NCBI GenBank assembly: GCA_025992755.1 | Contig: DAJPGF010000001.1 | Span: 442,308 to 506,307 of the forward strand | From: Coriobacteriaceae bacterium | Lineage (GTDB): Bacteria; Actinomycetota; Coriobacteriia; Coriobacteriales; Coriobacteriaceae | DNA length: 64,000 nt | Direction: 5' to 3' | Part shown: positions 1-8,454 of the stretch, piece by piece | Layout of the letters: every line of letters starts with the position of its first letter | Numbering within the stretch: position 1 is the stretch's first letter | Program-made: the position numbers and the translations under genes | Notes under the pieces: generated by a model | What the model was told of the DNA's origin: nothing | The model's database searches: none | The model's input: only the letters and a program-made list of their open reading frames with translations

Positions 1-711
1 CGTTTCTCATACGGGCGATCTCGACGGTGCGCAGCGTATCGTCGGTGCCTCGGGCGTCGTAGACCGTTCCCAGCAGATACGAGATGCCATCGCGCTGCCT
101 GATGGCAAAGGGACGGAGTGTCATCCGTGCTGCTTCGGTTTCGCCGCGTGTCGTGACGCTCGAAATATCAAAACTCACCGTGGTTCCGTGGTCGATGGCC
201 TGCTCGACGAGCTCGCACGTGTCGATGCGCTTGATGGGCGCGCGCGTTGCCTTGGTAGCCTTGCTGCCTGCGCTTGGAGCGGGTTCGGGTGTATCGAGGT
301 AGCCGCGAACGTCGGCACTCGCCATGGCAACTAAATGCTGCGCCATGCTCTTGCGGATAGCGATAGGCGTGGAGCGGTTGCGCATGACCATACCGTGGAG
401 CCGGATGATCTCTTCATCGGTGAGCGGGCGGGTAAGAAGTTTGTAGCCCACGCCGCGTTTGTACTCAATTTCGTATCCGGCATGGCGAAGCGCGGAGATG
501 GCGGTGTAGATGCTGCGCCGCGCCGCCGAGATGGGCATGCGGGCGGGGTCGTCGGGATGGGCGAGGCGCCGGATCAACTCATCGGAAAGCATGGCCTTGT
601 CCTCGCCGGTGTTTTCGCTTAATAGTTGCAGGATGCGAACGGCGCGATAGGCTGCCATCGAGGCGGCGCCTCTCGTCGTGGTGTCGTAGGTTTCAACAGC
701 GGCTTCGGTCA
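1..711 (-). CDS. WYL-domain transcriptional regulator (HTH + WYL); 3' end runs off the window
   Basis: Absent from the ORF track because the frame is open to position 1. Reverse-strand ATG at 711-709 is preceded by GGAAAGGA. My translation gives MTEAAVETYDTT...AAYRAVRILQLLSENTGEDKAMLSDELIRRL...ISAARRSIYTAISALRHAGYEIEYKRGVGYKLL (DeoR/YafY-type HTH), then ...LRPFAIRQRDGISYLLGTVYD (WYL-like core). Confidence 0.6.
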
Positions 712-887
712 TGGTGCCCACGTCCTTTCCGTTTTGGGTGGCGACGGTATGGAGCCTAGGACGCGGGGCTTTCCCAGGGGCGCAGGGCGCTCTGGGCGGT
801 CGGTAGTCGTCGGCAAACGGCGGGTCGAGTTTTCAACAGCCCTGCTCAACTGACCAAAAACTTGCCAAAAGCTTGACGGATGCTGTT

Positions 888-924
888 GAAAAAAGCGTCT
901 CTCGACCGATGTCGAGAGACGCTT
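888..924 (-). terminator. Intrinsic terminator downstream of asnS
   Basis: Perfect 14-bp stem aagcgtctctcgac (893-906) / gtcgagagacgctt (911-924). On the minus strand it is followed by a T-run (A-run 889-894 on plus). Confidence 0.7.
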
Positions 925-970
925 GTGCGATGAGCGTTGGCGTGTGGCGACGCGAGCTAGCGTCCGACGA

Positions 971-2386
971 TTAGAAGTCGGCGTTGCCCACGGTGCGCGG
1001 GTGCGGCAGGACGTCGCGGATGTTGCCCACGCCGGTCAGATACATGACCAAGCGCTCGAAGCCCAGACCGTAGCCGGCGTGCTTGCAGGAACCGTAGCGG
1101 CGCAGGTCAAGGTAGTACTTGTACTGCTCGGGATTCATGCCCAGGTCCTTGATGCGGGCCTCGAGCAGATCCAGGCGCTCCTCGCGCTGGGAGCCGCCGA
1201 TAATCTCGCCGATACCGGGAACCAGGCAGTCGGCGGCGGCGACGGTCTTGCCGTCCTCGTTCATGCGCATGTAGAACGCCTTGATCTCGGCCGGGTAGTC
1301 GGTCACGAAGGTCGGGCGCTTAAAGTGCTCCTCGGTCAGGAAGCGCTCGTGCTCGGTCTGCAGGTCGATGCCCCAGCTGACGGGGTAATCAAACTGGTGG
1401 CCAGCAGCGACTGCCTGCTCCAGGATCTCGACGGCCTCGGTGTAGGTAACGCGGGCAAAGTCGGAGTTGGCGACATGGTCCAGGCGCTCAAGCAGACCCT
1501 TGTCCACAAACTTGTTGAGCATATTGAGCTCGTCGGGGCAGGTTGCCATAACGTTCTTGAGGACGTACTTGAGCATGGCCTCGGCGTTATCCATGTAGTC
1601 GTTCAGGTCGGCAAAGGCCATCTCGGGCTCGATCATCCAAAACTCGGCGGCGTGGCGCGTGGTGTTGGAGTTCTCGGCACGGAAGGTGGGGCCAAAGGTG
1701 TACACGTCGCCAAAGGCCATGGCAAAGTTCTCGGCATTGAGCTGGCCGGACACGGTGAGGCTTGCATGCTTGCCAAAGAAGTCCTGGCTCCAGTCGACCT
1801 CGCCGGACTCGGTGAGGGGCGGATTTTTGGGGTCGAGCGTGGTCACGCGGAACATCTCGCCGGCGCCCTCGCAGTCACTCGTGGTGATGATGGGGGTGTT
1901 GACGTAGACAAAGCCCTGCTCCTGGAAGAAGCGGTGGATGGCGGCAGCCGCGACGGAGCGGATGCGGAACACGGCGCGGAACAGGTTGGTGCGCGGGCGC
2001 AGGTGCTGCTGGGTGCGCAGGAACTCGACGGTTGCGCGCTTCTTCTGCAGCGGGTAATCCGGGGCGCTCGTGCCCTCGACCTCGATGGAGGTGGCAGAAA
2101 GCTCGAAAGGCTGGGGCGCATCGGGGGTCAGCTTGACGGTGCCGGTGCAAATGAGTGCGGCCGAGACGTTTTGATGGGCGATCTCGTCGTAGTTGTCGAG
2201 TGCCTCGCGGTTCATGACGACCTGCAGGTCGCGGAAGCAGCTGCCGTCGTTGAGCGTAACAAAGCCAAAGTTCTTCATGTCGCGGACGGACTTGACCCAG
2301 CCGGCGACGGTGACGGTTTGGCCGCCGAGCGACTCGGCATCGGCATAGAGCTGCGCGATTTTGGTGCGGTTCACGTATCCTCCCAT
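971..2386 (-). CDS. asnS: Asparagine--tRNA ligase
   Basis: The ORF 971..2440 translation has class IIb aaRS hallmarks ([56 protein letters not shown]). Start is uncertain: ATG 2386, or GTG 2374, which follows GGGAGG. The 2440 start looks too long. Confidence 0.93.
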   Translation of the reverse strand: MGGYVNRTKIAQLYADAESLGGQTVTVAGWVKSVRDMKNFGFVTLNDGSCFRDLQVVMNREALDNYDEIAHQNVSAALICTGTVKLTPDAPQPFELSATSIEVEGTSAPDYPLQKKRATVEFLRTQQHLRPRTNLFRAVFRIRSVAAAAIHRFFQEQGFVYVNTPIITTSDCEGAGEMFRVTTLDPKNPPLTESGEVDWSQDFFGKHASLTVSGQLNAENFAMAFGDVYTFGPTFRAENSNTTRHAAEFWMIEPEMAFADLNDYMDNAEAMLKYVLKNVMATCPDELNMLNKFVDKGLLERLDHVANSDFARVTYTEAVEILEQAVAAGHQFDYPVSWGIDLQTEHERFLTEEHFKRPTFVTDYPAEIKAFYMRMNEDGKTVAAADCLVPGIGEIIGGSQREERLDLLEARIKDLGMNPEQYKYYLDLRRYGSCKHAGYGLGFERLVMYLTGVGNIRDVLPHPRTVGNADF

Positions 2387-2477
2387 AACGGTTGAATGAT
2401 AGTTATCCATACAGTTCGTTATTCTAGCAGCTCGTCTCATTTGGGCTATACAGATAAGGCATTGGCGGGATGGTTTT

Positions 2478-2518
2478 TCAAACGAAAAGCGCCCGCGGCC
2501 AAATGGTCGCGGGCGCTT
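2478..2518 (-). terminator. Intrinsic terminator downstream of the PTS EIIA gene
   Basis: Stem aagcgcccgcg (2487-2497) / cgcgggcgctt (2508-2518). On the minus strand it is followed by ttttcgtttg. Confidence 0.65.
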
Positions 2519-2555
2519 GACGAGGTGCCTTTTGGCTGTGTGGCGCGGGGCCTGG

Positions 2556-3119
2556 CTACTTGGTCTTGGCTACCAGCAGCGGGTCGCCAAGCTTGACGAG
2601 CGGGTTGCCGCCGATAAGCGTTCCAGACTCGCCGACATGGTCGATGCTCTTAAGACGATCGAGCTCGGAGACGATGACGGTCACGATGTCCTCGTGACCA
2701 GCGGCCTTAATGGCCTCGCGGTCGAAGCTGATGAGCGGCTGGCCTGCCTTGACCACATCGCCCATCTCGACAAAGCGGGCAAAACCCTTGCCGTTCATTT
2801 CCACGGTGCCCAGGCCAACATGGATGAACACGCGCAGGCCGTCCTCGGTGATCATGCCGATGGAGTGGTTGGTGACAGTGGTGGCACCGATGCGGCCGTT
2901 GGCGGGCGCATAGATGGTGCCGGTAATGGGCTCGATGCCATAGCCCTGGCCAAGCATGCCCGAGGCGATCGTCTCGTCGGGAACCTCGTTCAGGTTGACG
3001 AGCACGCCGTTGACGGGGGCATAGATGACGCCTTCGCGGGTAGCGAAGCTTGCTGCGGGCGGAACGGACGCCTCGCCGGTCGAGGTGAAGGTGGACTTAA
3101 GCGAATCGAGCAGACCCAT
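2556..3119 (-). CDS. crr: PTS glucose-family EIIA component
   Basis: EIIA-Glc signature [29 protein letters not shown] with both His residues. Start chosen at MGLLDSLKS (ATG 3119), preceded by GGAGGCAACT. The track start at 3200 lacks an RBS. Confidence 0.85.
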   Translation of the reverse strand: MGLLDSLKSTFTSTGEASVPPAASFATREGVIYAPVNGVLVNLNEVPDETIASGMLGQGYGIEPITGTIYAPANGRIGATTVTNHSIGMITEDGLRVFIHVGLGTVEMNGKGFARFVEMGDVVKAGQPLISFDREAIKAAGHEDIVTVIVSELDRLKSIDHVGESGTLIGGNPLVKLGDPLLVAKTK

Positions 3120-3362
3120 AGTTGCCTCCAACTTAAATAGGCGCATATCGCGCGTTTGGTTTGCCGGAAACGTTTCACATGTGTTTCGCGGCTTGGTCAA
3201 CGCCCCTATTCTACGCTGCTCAACGATACCTCTGAACTGGGATTATGTGATATATCAGTTGAAGGGAAACTTATTGCCGGAGTGCTTCTGCGCCACGGGT
3301 TCAAGTGGGGTACGCTTGAAGGCGAAAAACAAGGGCGCATAATTTGCGCGAAGGGAGCACAT

Positions 3363-4262
3363 ATGATTGTCGAGAACCATGCGCTGTGGGGCGAGGAGCC
3401 GACCGAGGATTATCCGGCGACGTTTACGTATTTGGGTGCCGAGCCGTTGCCCGATAAACCGAATGGCCGCCGCCCCGCGGTGATTATCTGTGGCGGAGGT
3501 GGGTTTACGCATATCGCTCCGCATGAGCAGGATCCTGTGGCGTTTGCGTTTTTGGATCACGGTTACCAGGCCTTTGTGCTCAACTATGTCACGAGTTCTA
3601 CGGGTGACGTGAGCTTTCCGCACCCCCAGGCAGATCTTGCCAAGATGGTCGCCACGGTGCGCGCCAACGCCGACGAGTGGCATGTCGATCCTAAGCGCGT
3701 GTGCGTCGTGGGCTTTTCTGCTGGCGGCATGATTTGCGCCTCGCTGGCAACACAGTGGAAGACCGGCCCCTTTGCGGCACTTGCCGGGGCGCGTCCGGAC
3801 GACATTCGTCCCGATGCCGTGGTGCTGGGCTATCCATTGCTCGACTTTGCCTATGTGCGCGACATGCAGACGCGCGATCCGCGCATTGACTTGCGTGTGC
3901 CCAAGACGGGCGGCAAGACGGGGCGCGATTTGCTCAACGACTACCTGTCGATGGTGACGGGCGGCGAGGCAACTGACGAGCATCTGGCCGACATCTGCCC
4001 CACCACGCATGTTTCGCGTCAGATGCCACCGACCTTTGTGTGGGGCGTGTCCGACGACAAGACGGCGCCGATCGCGCAGGTCTACCCGTTTGCGCAGCGC
4101 ATGGCCGAGGAGGGCGTTGCATGCGAGATGCACGTCTTTGACCAGGGTGGTCACGGCCTTTCGCTCGGCAACGCCAACACCGCGGTCGACAACGAGGACA
4201 AGCAGGTAGCGGTCCGCCCTTGGATTCGCCTAGCCTTCCGCTTCCTGGAGCGCCATCTGTAA
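3363..4262 (+). CDS. Alpha/beta-hydrolase fold esterase (acetyl-esterase/lipase-like)
   Basis: Oxyanion-type ICGGGGF and nucleophile elbow GFSAGG, with C-terminal DQGGHG. Start at ATG 3363 (MIVENHALWG) after AAGGGAGCACAT, rather than the track start 3156. Confidence 0.75.
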   Translation: MIVENHALWGEEPTEDYPATFTYLGAEPLPDKPNGRRPAVIICGGGGFTHIAPHEQDPVAFAFLDHGYQAFVLNYVTSSTGDVSFPHPQADLAKMVATVRANADEWHVDPKRVCVVGFSAGGMICASLATQWKTGPFAALAGARPDDIRPDAVVLGYPLLDFAYVRDMQTRDPRIDLRVPKTGGKTGRDLLNDYLSMVTGGEATDEHLADICPTTHVSRQMPPTFVWGVSDDKTAPIAQVYPFAQRMAEEGVACEMHVFDQGGHGLSLGNANTAVDNEDKQVAVRPWIRLAFRFLERHL

Positions 4263-4291
4263 GAGTCCCGGCATCCAAGCCCTTCAATAAC

Positions 4292-4354
4292 TTGCGGTGA
4301 AATAGTTCCTATCTGGGGCATCAACCAGCCCATCCAGGAACTATTCCACCGCAA
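4292..4354 (+). terminator. Long hairpin + T-tract. Copy 1 of a repeated terminator-like element.
   Basis: Arms ttgcggtgaaatagttcct (4292-4310) / aggaactattccaccgcaa (4336-4354), followed by ctttgtttttg. It sits directly after the hydrolase stop. The same arms recur at 17462-17524 and 24907-24969. Confidence 0.6.
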
Positions 4355-4365
4355 CTTTGTTTTTG

Positions 4366-4563
4366 ATGTCCCGTCCGGAAACTGCATCCCAGTCCCCCCT
4401 TCAAGGTGGGACACGGTTTCCCATAGGGCCTCGATTTGGAAACCACATCCCGTTTCGAGCTCAAATTCTGGGTCGCAGTTTCCCCGAGGGGCCCCGTTGG
4501 GAAACTGCGACCCGTTTCGAGCGGGAATAACGGGACACGCTTTCCGCAAGGGTATCGTTTCCT
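4366..4563. repeat. Tandem array (about 3.5 units of about 60-63 bp) of GGAAAC/GTTTCC hairpin repeats
   Basis: Units such as gggtcgcagtttccccgaggggccccgttgggaaactgcgaccc (15-bp perfect stem) are followed by gtttcgag... Related units start near 4378, 4437 and 4500. The last unit overlaps the stop of the GntR gene. The same family occurs at 8085-8325. Confidence 0.8.
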
Positions 4564-5212
4564 ACCAGACGGTGAACTGGGCGTTTTCTGTGTTCCAATG
4601 GACATCGCGAACGTAGTCGCGCACGCCCGTCGCATCTCGTGCTTCGAACAACTCAAGAATATGAGCATGTTCGTTGTTGGCTTTATTGAGCAGTTTACAC
4701 GCCGTTTCCTGGTCGACAGTTTCGTAATCGCGCTTGATAAAGCAGCGTTCGAGCTGCGAGATCATATCGCGCAGACGGTCGTTGCCGCAGCGGTTGAAGT
4801 ACGTCAGATGAAAGTCTCGCTGAATGTCGTCGTACTTTCGGATGAGACCGCCTTGGATCGCGAGGTCCATGGAGCCGACGAGAAATTTAAGCTGCGTAAT
4901 GTCATCGTCGGTTAGGTTCGGACAGGCGAGATATGCGGCCTGCCCGTCGAGCGGCCCCATAATTTCAAAGACTTCAACGGCGTTTTGCTGATCGAACCCA
5001 CGGACGCGGAATCCGCGGCGGGGGAGATTGTCCAGATAGCCGTCGCTTGCGAGCTGGATGAGCGCTTCGCGGACCGGCGTGCGCGACACGCCCATGGCGT
5101 CGCAGATCGCTTGCTCGCTCAGCCGGTCGCCGGCCGAAAGCTCGCCGGCGTCAATACGGCTCGAAATGTAGTCGTATACGTGGTCTTTCAGGGGCCTTCT
5201 GAGCGTTTCCAT
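4562..5212 (-). CDS. GntR-family transcriptional regulator (FadR/FCD-type C-terminal domain)
   Basis: N-terminal winged HTH (LSEQAICDAMGVSRTPVREALIQLASDGYL) with a helical FCD-like C-terminal half. Divergent from the DDAH-like gene. Confidence 0.85.
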   Translation of the reverse strand: METLRRPLKDHVYDYISSRIDAGELSAGDRLSEQAICDAMGVSRTPVREALIQLASDGYLDNLPRRGFRVRGFDQQNAVEVFEIMGPLDGQAAYLACPNLTDDDITQLKFLVGSMDLAIQGGLIRKYDDIQRDFHLTYFNRCGNDRLRDMISQLERCFIKRDYETVDQETACKLLNKANNEHAHILELFEARDATGVRDYVRDVHWNTENAQFTVW

Positions 5213-5359
5213 GAGCCTATGTTCCTTAACGGTATATTTCTAAAAGCAAATACGTTTCACTTGAATAGCTCAGTTGAATTATAGAACGACCAGCTAAATC
5301 ATGCTACTTTGCGCCGATACGTAAAAATACGCTTACCGAAGAATACCTACCGTTCAGGA

Positions 5360-5376
5360 TTGTATACAATATACAA
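5360..5376. promoter_or_regulatory. Candidate GntR-type operator palindrome in the divergent promoter region
   Basis: ttgtatacaatatacaa has perfect 7-bp arms TTGTATA/TATACAA. TTGTATACAA is itself a 10-bp palindrome with the GT..AC core typical of GntR/FadR operators. It lies in the AT-rich region between the GntR gene and the DDAH-like gene. Confidence 0.4.
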
Positions 5377-5467
5377 AACAGGAAAACCGCCCTAAGATAA
5401 AGACATCGAAAGGAAGGCGGGCGCGAAGAAGTCCCGCTCTCTGCTAAGAGATCCAAGGAGGATCATC

Positions 5468-6244
5468 ATGACCAAGTTCAGCCACGTCATCATCCGCCGC
5501 CCCGGCAAGTCCCTGAGCAATGGCATCACGAGTGCCCCCGAGCTTGGCCAGCCCATCTACGAGCGCGCCATCGAGGAGCACTACGATTACGAGCATGCGC
5601 TCGAGCAGTGCGGCGTTGACGTGTCGGTGCTGCCGGCACTCGAGCAGTATCCCGACAGCTGCTTCGTCGAAGATCCGGCCGTCATCACTCGCTGCGGCGC
5701 CATCATTACCAACCCCGGTGCCGATAGCCGCAACGGCGAGAAGGACGAGATCGAGCCGGCCGTCCGTCGCTTCTTTGACGACGAGCATGTCAAGCACATT
5801 GTTTCTCCGGGCACGCTCGACGGCGGCGACGTCATGATGGTCGGTGACCATTTCTACGTCGGTCGCTCCGCTCGTACCAACGAAGAGGGCATCCGCCAGT
5901 TCTGTGAGATTCTCGAGGGCTGGGGCCTCGAGGGTTCTGAGGTTCCGCTGGAGGAGGTCCTGCACCTCAAGACGGGCGTCAACTACATCGAGGACAACAA
6001 CATGCTCGTCTCTGGTGAGTTCATCGATAAGCCCGACTTTGCCCAGTACAACAAGATCGTCGTGCCCGAGGACGAGGCGTACGGCGCCAACTGCATCTGG
6101 GTCAACGGTACGGTCATCGTTGCCGAGGGCTATCCGACTGTGCTCAAGGCCGTGCAGGATCTGGGCTACAAGACACTCGTCGTTGACACCTCCGAGTATC
6201 GCAAGGTCGACGGCGGCCTTTCTTGCCTGTCGCTGCGCTTCTAA
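5468..6244 (+). CDS. DDAH / amidinotransferase-superfamily hydrolase (dimethylarginine dimethylaminohydrolase-like)
   Basis: 258 aa. Motifs: PDSCFVEDPAVI, LDGGDVMMVGDHFYVGRSARTN, and the C-terminal catalytic Cys context VDGGLSCLSLRF. RBS AAGGAGGATCATC precedes the ATG. Confidence 0.75.
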   Translation: MTKFSHVIIRRPGKSLSNGITSAPELGQPIYERAIEEHYDYEHALEQCGVDVSVLPALEQYPDSCFVEDPAVITRCGAIITNPGADSRNGEKDEIEPAVRRFFDDEHVKHIVSPGTLDGGDVMMVGDHFYVGRSARTNEEGIRQFCEILEGWGLEGSEVPLEEVLHLKTGVNYIEDNNMLVSGEFIDKPDFAQYNKIVVPEDEAYGANCIWVNGTVIVAEGYPTVLKAVQDLGYKTLVVDTSEYRKVDGGLSCLSLRF

Positions 6245-6279
6245 CGCGGTAGCTGTAACAGTCTGATGATCGCTTGACC

Positions 6280-6323
6280 GATGGCCCGGCACCCGATTCG
6301 GGACGTCCGGGCCATCTTTCGTT
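6280..6323 (+). terminator. Hairpin + T-rich tail between the DDAH-like gene and the permease gene
   Basis: Stem gatggcccgg (6280-6289) / ccgggccatc (6307-6316), then tttcgtt. Confidence 0.5.
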
Positions 6324-6353
6324 CGATCACATGATGAAGGGGGTGCACATACA

Positions 6354-7817
6354 ATGGCCTCTAAAGCTCAAAATGAAGAGATTATCGACCCTAATGGCCT
6401 CGATCTCTTTCGTCTGACCATGATGGTCATTACCGCCAGTATTTGTGGCGGCATCTTTTCGCTTGCCGGCGATATGGCAGCAGGTGGGGCAAATACCGGT
6501 GCGGTTATCGTCTCGTGGGGAATTTGCTTTATTGGCGTCTTTGCGCTGATGATGGTGTTCAACGGTTTGTCTCAGGCCCGTCCCGACCTGACCGGCGGCA
6601 TCTATGCATACGCTGCGGCCGGTTTTGGCGATTACATTGGATTCAACTCCGCTTGGGGCTACTGGATCAGCGCATGTCTTTCCAACGTGAGCTTTGCGCT
6701 CTTGCTGTTTAGCGCGCTGGGCTATTTCTTCCCTGCGTTTGGCGCGGGTAACAACCTGCTTTCTATCGTCTGCGCCAGCGTGTTTTTGTGGTTCCTTACC
6801 GCCCTTGTGCTTCGTGGCGTTAAGGAGGCTGCGGGCATTAACACGATCGTCACGTTGGCGAAGCTGGTGCCGCTGGGGCTCTTTGTGCTGAGTATCGTGC
6901 TCCTGGGTAAGTTCAACGTCGATATCTTTATGGACAACTTCTGGGGAGAGCCGGCTGGTCCTGGCTTTGGCGAGCAGGTTGTCTCGACCATGATCGCCCT
7001 TGTCTGGGTCTTCACGGGCATCGAGGGCGCTGTCGTTATCTCGGGCCGTGCAAAGTACGTGCGTGACGTCGGCCGCTCGACGGCGCTCGGATTTGCGGCT
7101 GTATTCACGCTGTATCTGATCATCTCGATGCTGTCGCTCGGCATTATGCCGCGCGAGGAGATGGCACAGCTTGCAACGCCCTCCATGGCGGGAATTCTCG
7201 AGTGCGCAATCGGTCCGGTTGGTGCTGCCATCGTAAACCTTGGCGTTATCCTTTCGTTGGTCGGCGCGCTGCTGGGCTATGTCATCATTGCGTCCGAGAC
7301 GCCGTTCGAGGCGGCGCGCCAGGGATCCTTCCCTCTGGCGTTTGCCAAGACGAACAAGCACGACGCCCCGGTGGTAACGGTTCTCGTGAGCTCCGGCATC
7401 ACGCAGCTCTTCTTGATCGTGTCGTATGTGGCGGCGAGCACCTACCAGTTCTTCTATAGCTGCGCAGTCAACACGATTCTGGTTCCGTATGTCTGCTCGG
7501 CTGCCTATTACATGGTGATTGGCTGGAAGAACGAGCATCTGGACGGGCCGCATGCGCCCAGCGTCGGCAAAGCCCGCTTCTTCGGTACGCTCGGCTTCAT
7601 CTACACATTGTTCCTGGTGTGGTCGACGGGTCTTCAGGGCGTTATGATCACGACGATTCTTTTTGCTCCGGCCATTCCCGTTTATATGCTGGGCGAGCGA
7701 GGCCGCGGTAAACCGGTGCTTCCGCATCTGCACGACAAGCTGATCGCAGCGGTGGTCATTGTCGTGGCAATCATTTCGCTGTATCTGCACTTTGCCGGCA
7801 TTGCGCCGATAGTCTAA
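6354..7817 (+). CDS. APC-superfamily basic amino acid antiporter (arginine/ornithine antiporter-like)
   Basis: 487 aa, about 12 predicted TM segments. The N-terminus LFRLTMMVITASICGGIFSLAGDMA...GGIYAYAAAGFGDYIGFNSAWGYWISA is typical of ArcD/APA-family antiporters. Confidence 0.8.
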   Translation: MASKAQNEEIIDPNGLDLFRLTMMVITASICGGIFSLAGDMAAGGANTGAVIVSWGICFIGVFALMMVFNGLSQARPDLTGGIYAYAAAGFGDYIGFNSAWGYWISACLSNVSFALLLFSALGYFFPAFGAGNNLLSIVCASVFLWFLTALVLRGVKEAAGINTIVTLAKLVPLGLFVLSIVLLGKFNVDIFMDNFWGEPAGPGFGEQVVSTMIALVWVFTGIEGAVVISGRAKYVRDVGRSTALGFAAVFTLYLIISMLSLGIMPREEMAQLATPSMAGILECAIGPVGAAIVNLGVILSLVGALLGYVIIASETPFEAARQGSFPLAFAKTNKHDAPVVTVLVSSGITQLFLIVSYVAASTYQFFYSCAVNTILVPYVCSAAYYMVIGWKNEHLDGPHAPSVGKARFFGTLGFIYTLFLVWSTGLQGVMITTILFAPAIPVYMLGERGRGKPVLPHLHDKLIAAVVIVVAIISLYLHFAGIAPIV

Positions 7818-7930
7818 GACTGCGGCAAGCTTCATCGCTTGGTAAGCCGACGGAGGCATCGCGTGCCGGTGCCGTTCGGTAATCCATAACTGACGTGGGC
7901 CTCTGTAACGTGCCTTTGTGGGCGCCCACC

Positions 7931-7971
7931 AAGCCCGCTCAGGTGACATTTGTTGCCAGCGCGGGCTTTTG
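7931..7971 (+). terminator. Possible intrinsic terminator after the antiporter gene
   Basis: Stem aagcccgc (7931-7938) / gcgggctt (7961-7968), followed by tttg. The loop is long, so confidence is only moderate. Confidence 0.4.
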
Positions 7972-8084
7972 CTGTTGCGGCGAAATGCTGCCGGCAGCTG
8001 GGGACGTTCCTATTGTGCCGGCACCCTGGGACACTCCTTGGATGTTCCGCATGCGACGGAGGGAACGGATCATTTTGTCGAGGG

Positions 8085-8325
8085 GCGGGCGGCTGTTTCG
8101 GTCCTCGGGGAAACCGCGTCCCGTTTCGAGAGCAGATTCCGGGCCGCAGTTTCCCCGAGGGCCCCATTGGGAAATTGCATCCCAGTCTGAGCGCCGATTC
8201 CGGGCTGCAGTTTCCGCTAGATGCCTCAACCGGAAAGCTCATCCCGTTTAGGTGTTCCAGAGTGGGATGCGGTTTCCGCAGCAGGCCCGTCTGGGAAGCA
8301 ATGGCCCAGAATTCCCATCGCAGCG
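8085..8325. repeat. Tandem array (about 4 units) of the same GGAAAC/GTTTCC hairpin repeat family as 4366-4563
   Basis: Units include gggccgcagtttccccgagggccccattgggaaattgcatccc, gggctgcagtttccgctag...ccggaaagctcatccc and gggatgcggtttccgcagcaggcccgtctgggaagcaatggccc. They are separated by gtttcgag/agtctgag/gtttaggt linkers and share the orientation of the left array. Confidence 0.8.
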
Positions 8326-8378
8326 ATCTGTCGATTGAACGTCGTTGTGTGTTCACGCTATCATGTAAGCTTAAAATT

Positions 8379-8412
8379 GGTTAGCCATGGCAAACGGTTA
8401 GCCTTGGTGAAC
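8379..8412. promoter_or_regulatory. Two tandem GGTTAGCC-containing boxes. Candidate DtxR/IdeR-type metalloregulator operator upstream of feoAB.
   Basis: ggttagccatggcaaac (8379-8395) is followed directly by ggttagccttggtgaac (8396-8412). TTAGCCATGGCAAA is a near-palindrome, and GGTTAGCC matches the centre of the DtxR/IdeR box TTAGGTTAGCCTAACCTAA. It lies just downstream of a TAAAAT -10-like hexamer (8372-8377). Confidence 0.35.
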
Positions 8413-8454
8413 ATAAATACAACGCCCTGTGGGCGCCGGGGGAGGAACGCGGAC

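Noticed and set aside
923-2395. 490-aa plus-strand ORF
   Set aside because: Antisense to asnS. It is a low-complexity G/A/V/L/D translation.
4366-4563. Possible CRISPR array (also 8085-8325)
   Set aside because: The units are imperfect, about 44-nt hairpins with only about 18-nt semi-conserved linkers, so there are no unique spacers of CRISPR length. No cas genes are nearby. The pattern fits REP/BIME-like tandem repeats.
5444-7949. Minus-strand ORFs 5444..6292 and 6327..7949
   Set aside because: They are antisense to the DDAH-like and antiporter genes. The plus-strand products have clear family motifs and RBSs. The minus-strand products are Arg/His/Asp-rich nonsense.
7832-8454. ORFs 7832..8356(-), 7895..8251(+), 7950..8384(+) and the 5' part of ORF 8221..10815
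   Set aside because: They are translations of the repeat array, shown by recurring FPRGP.GKLRP strings. The FeoA domain begins only after the GTG at 8455, which has a strong RBS.
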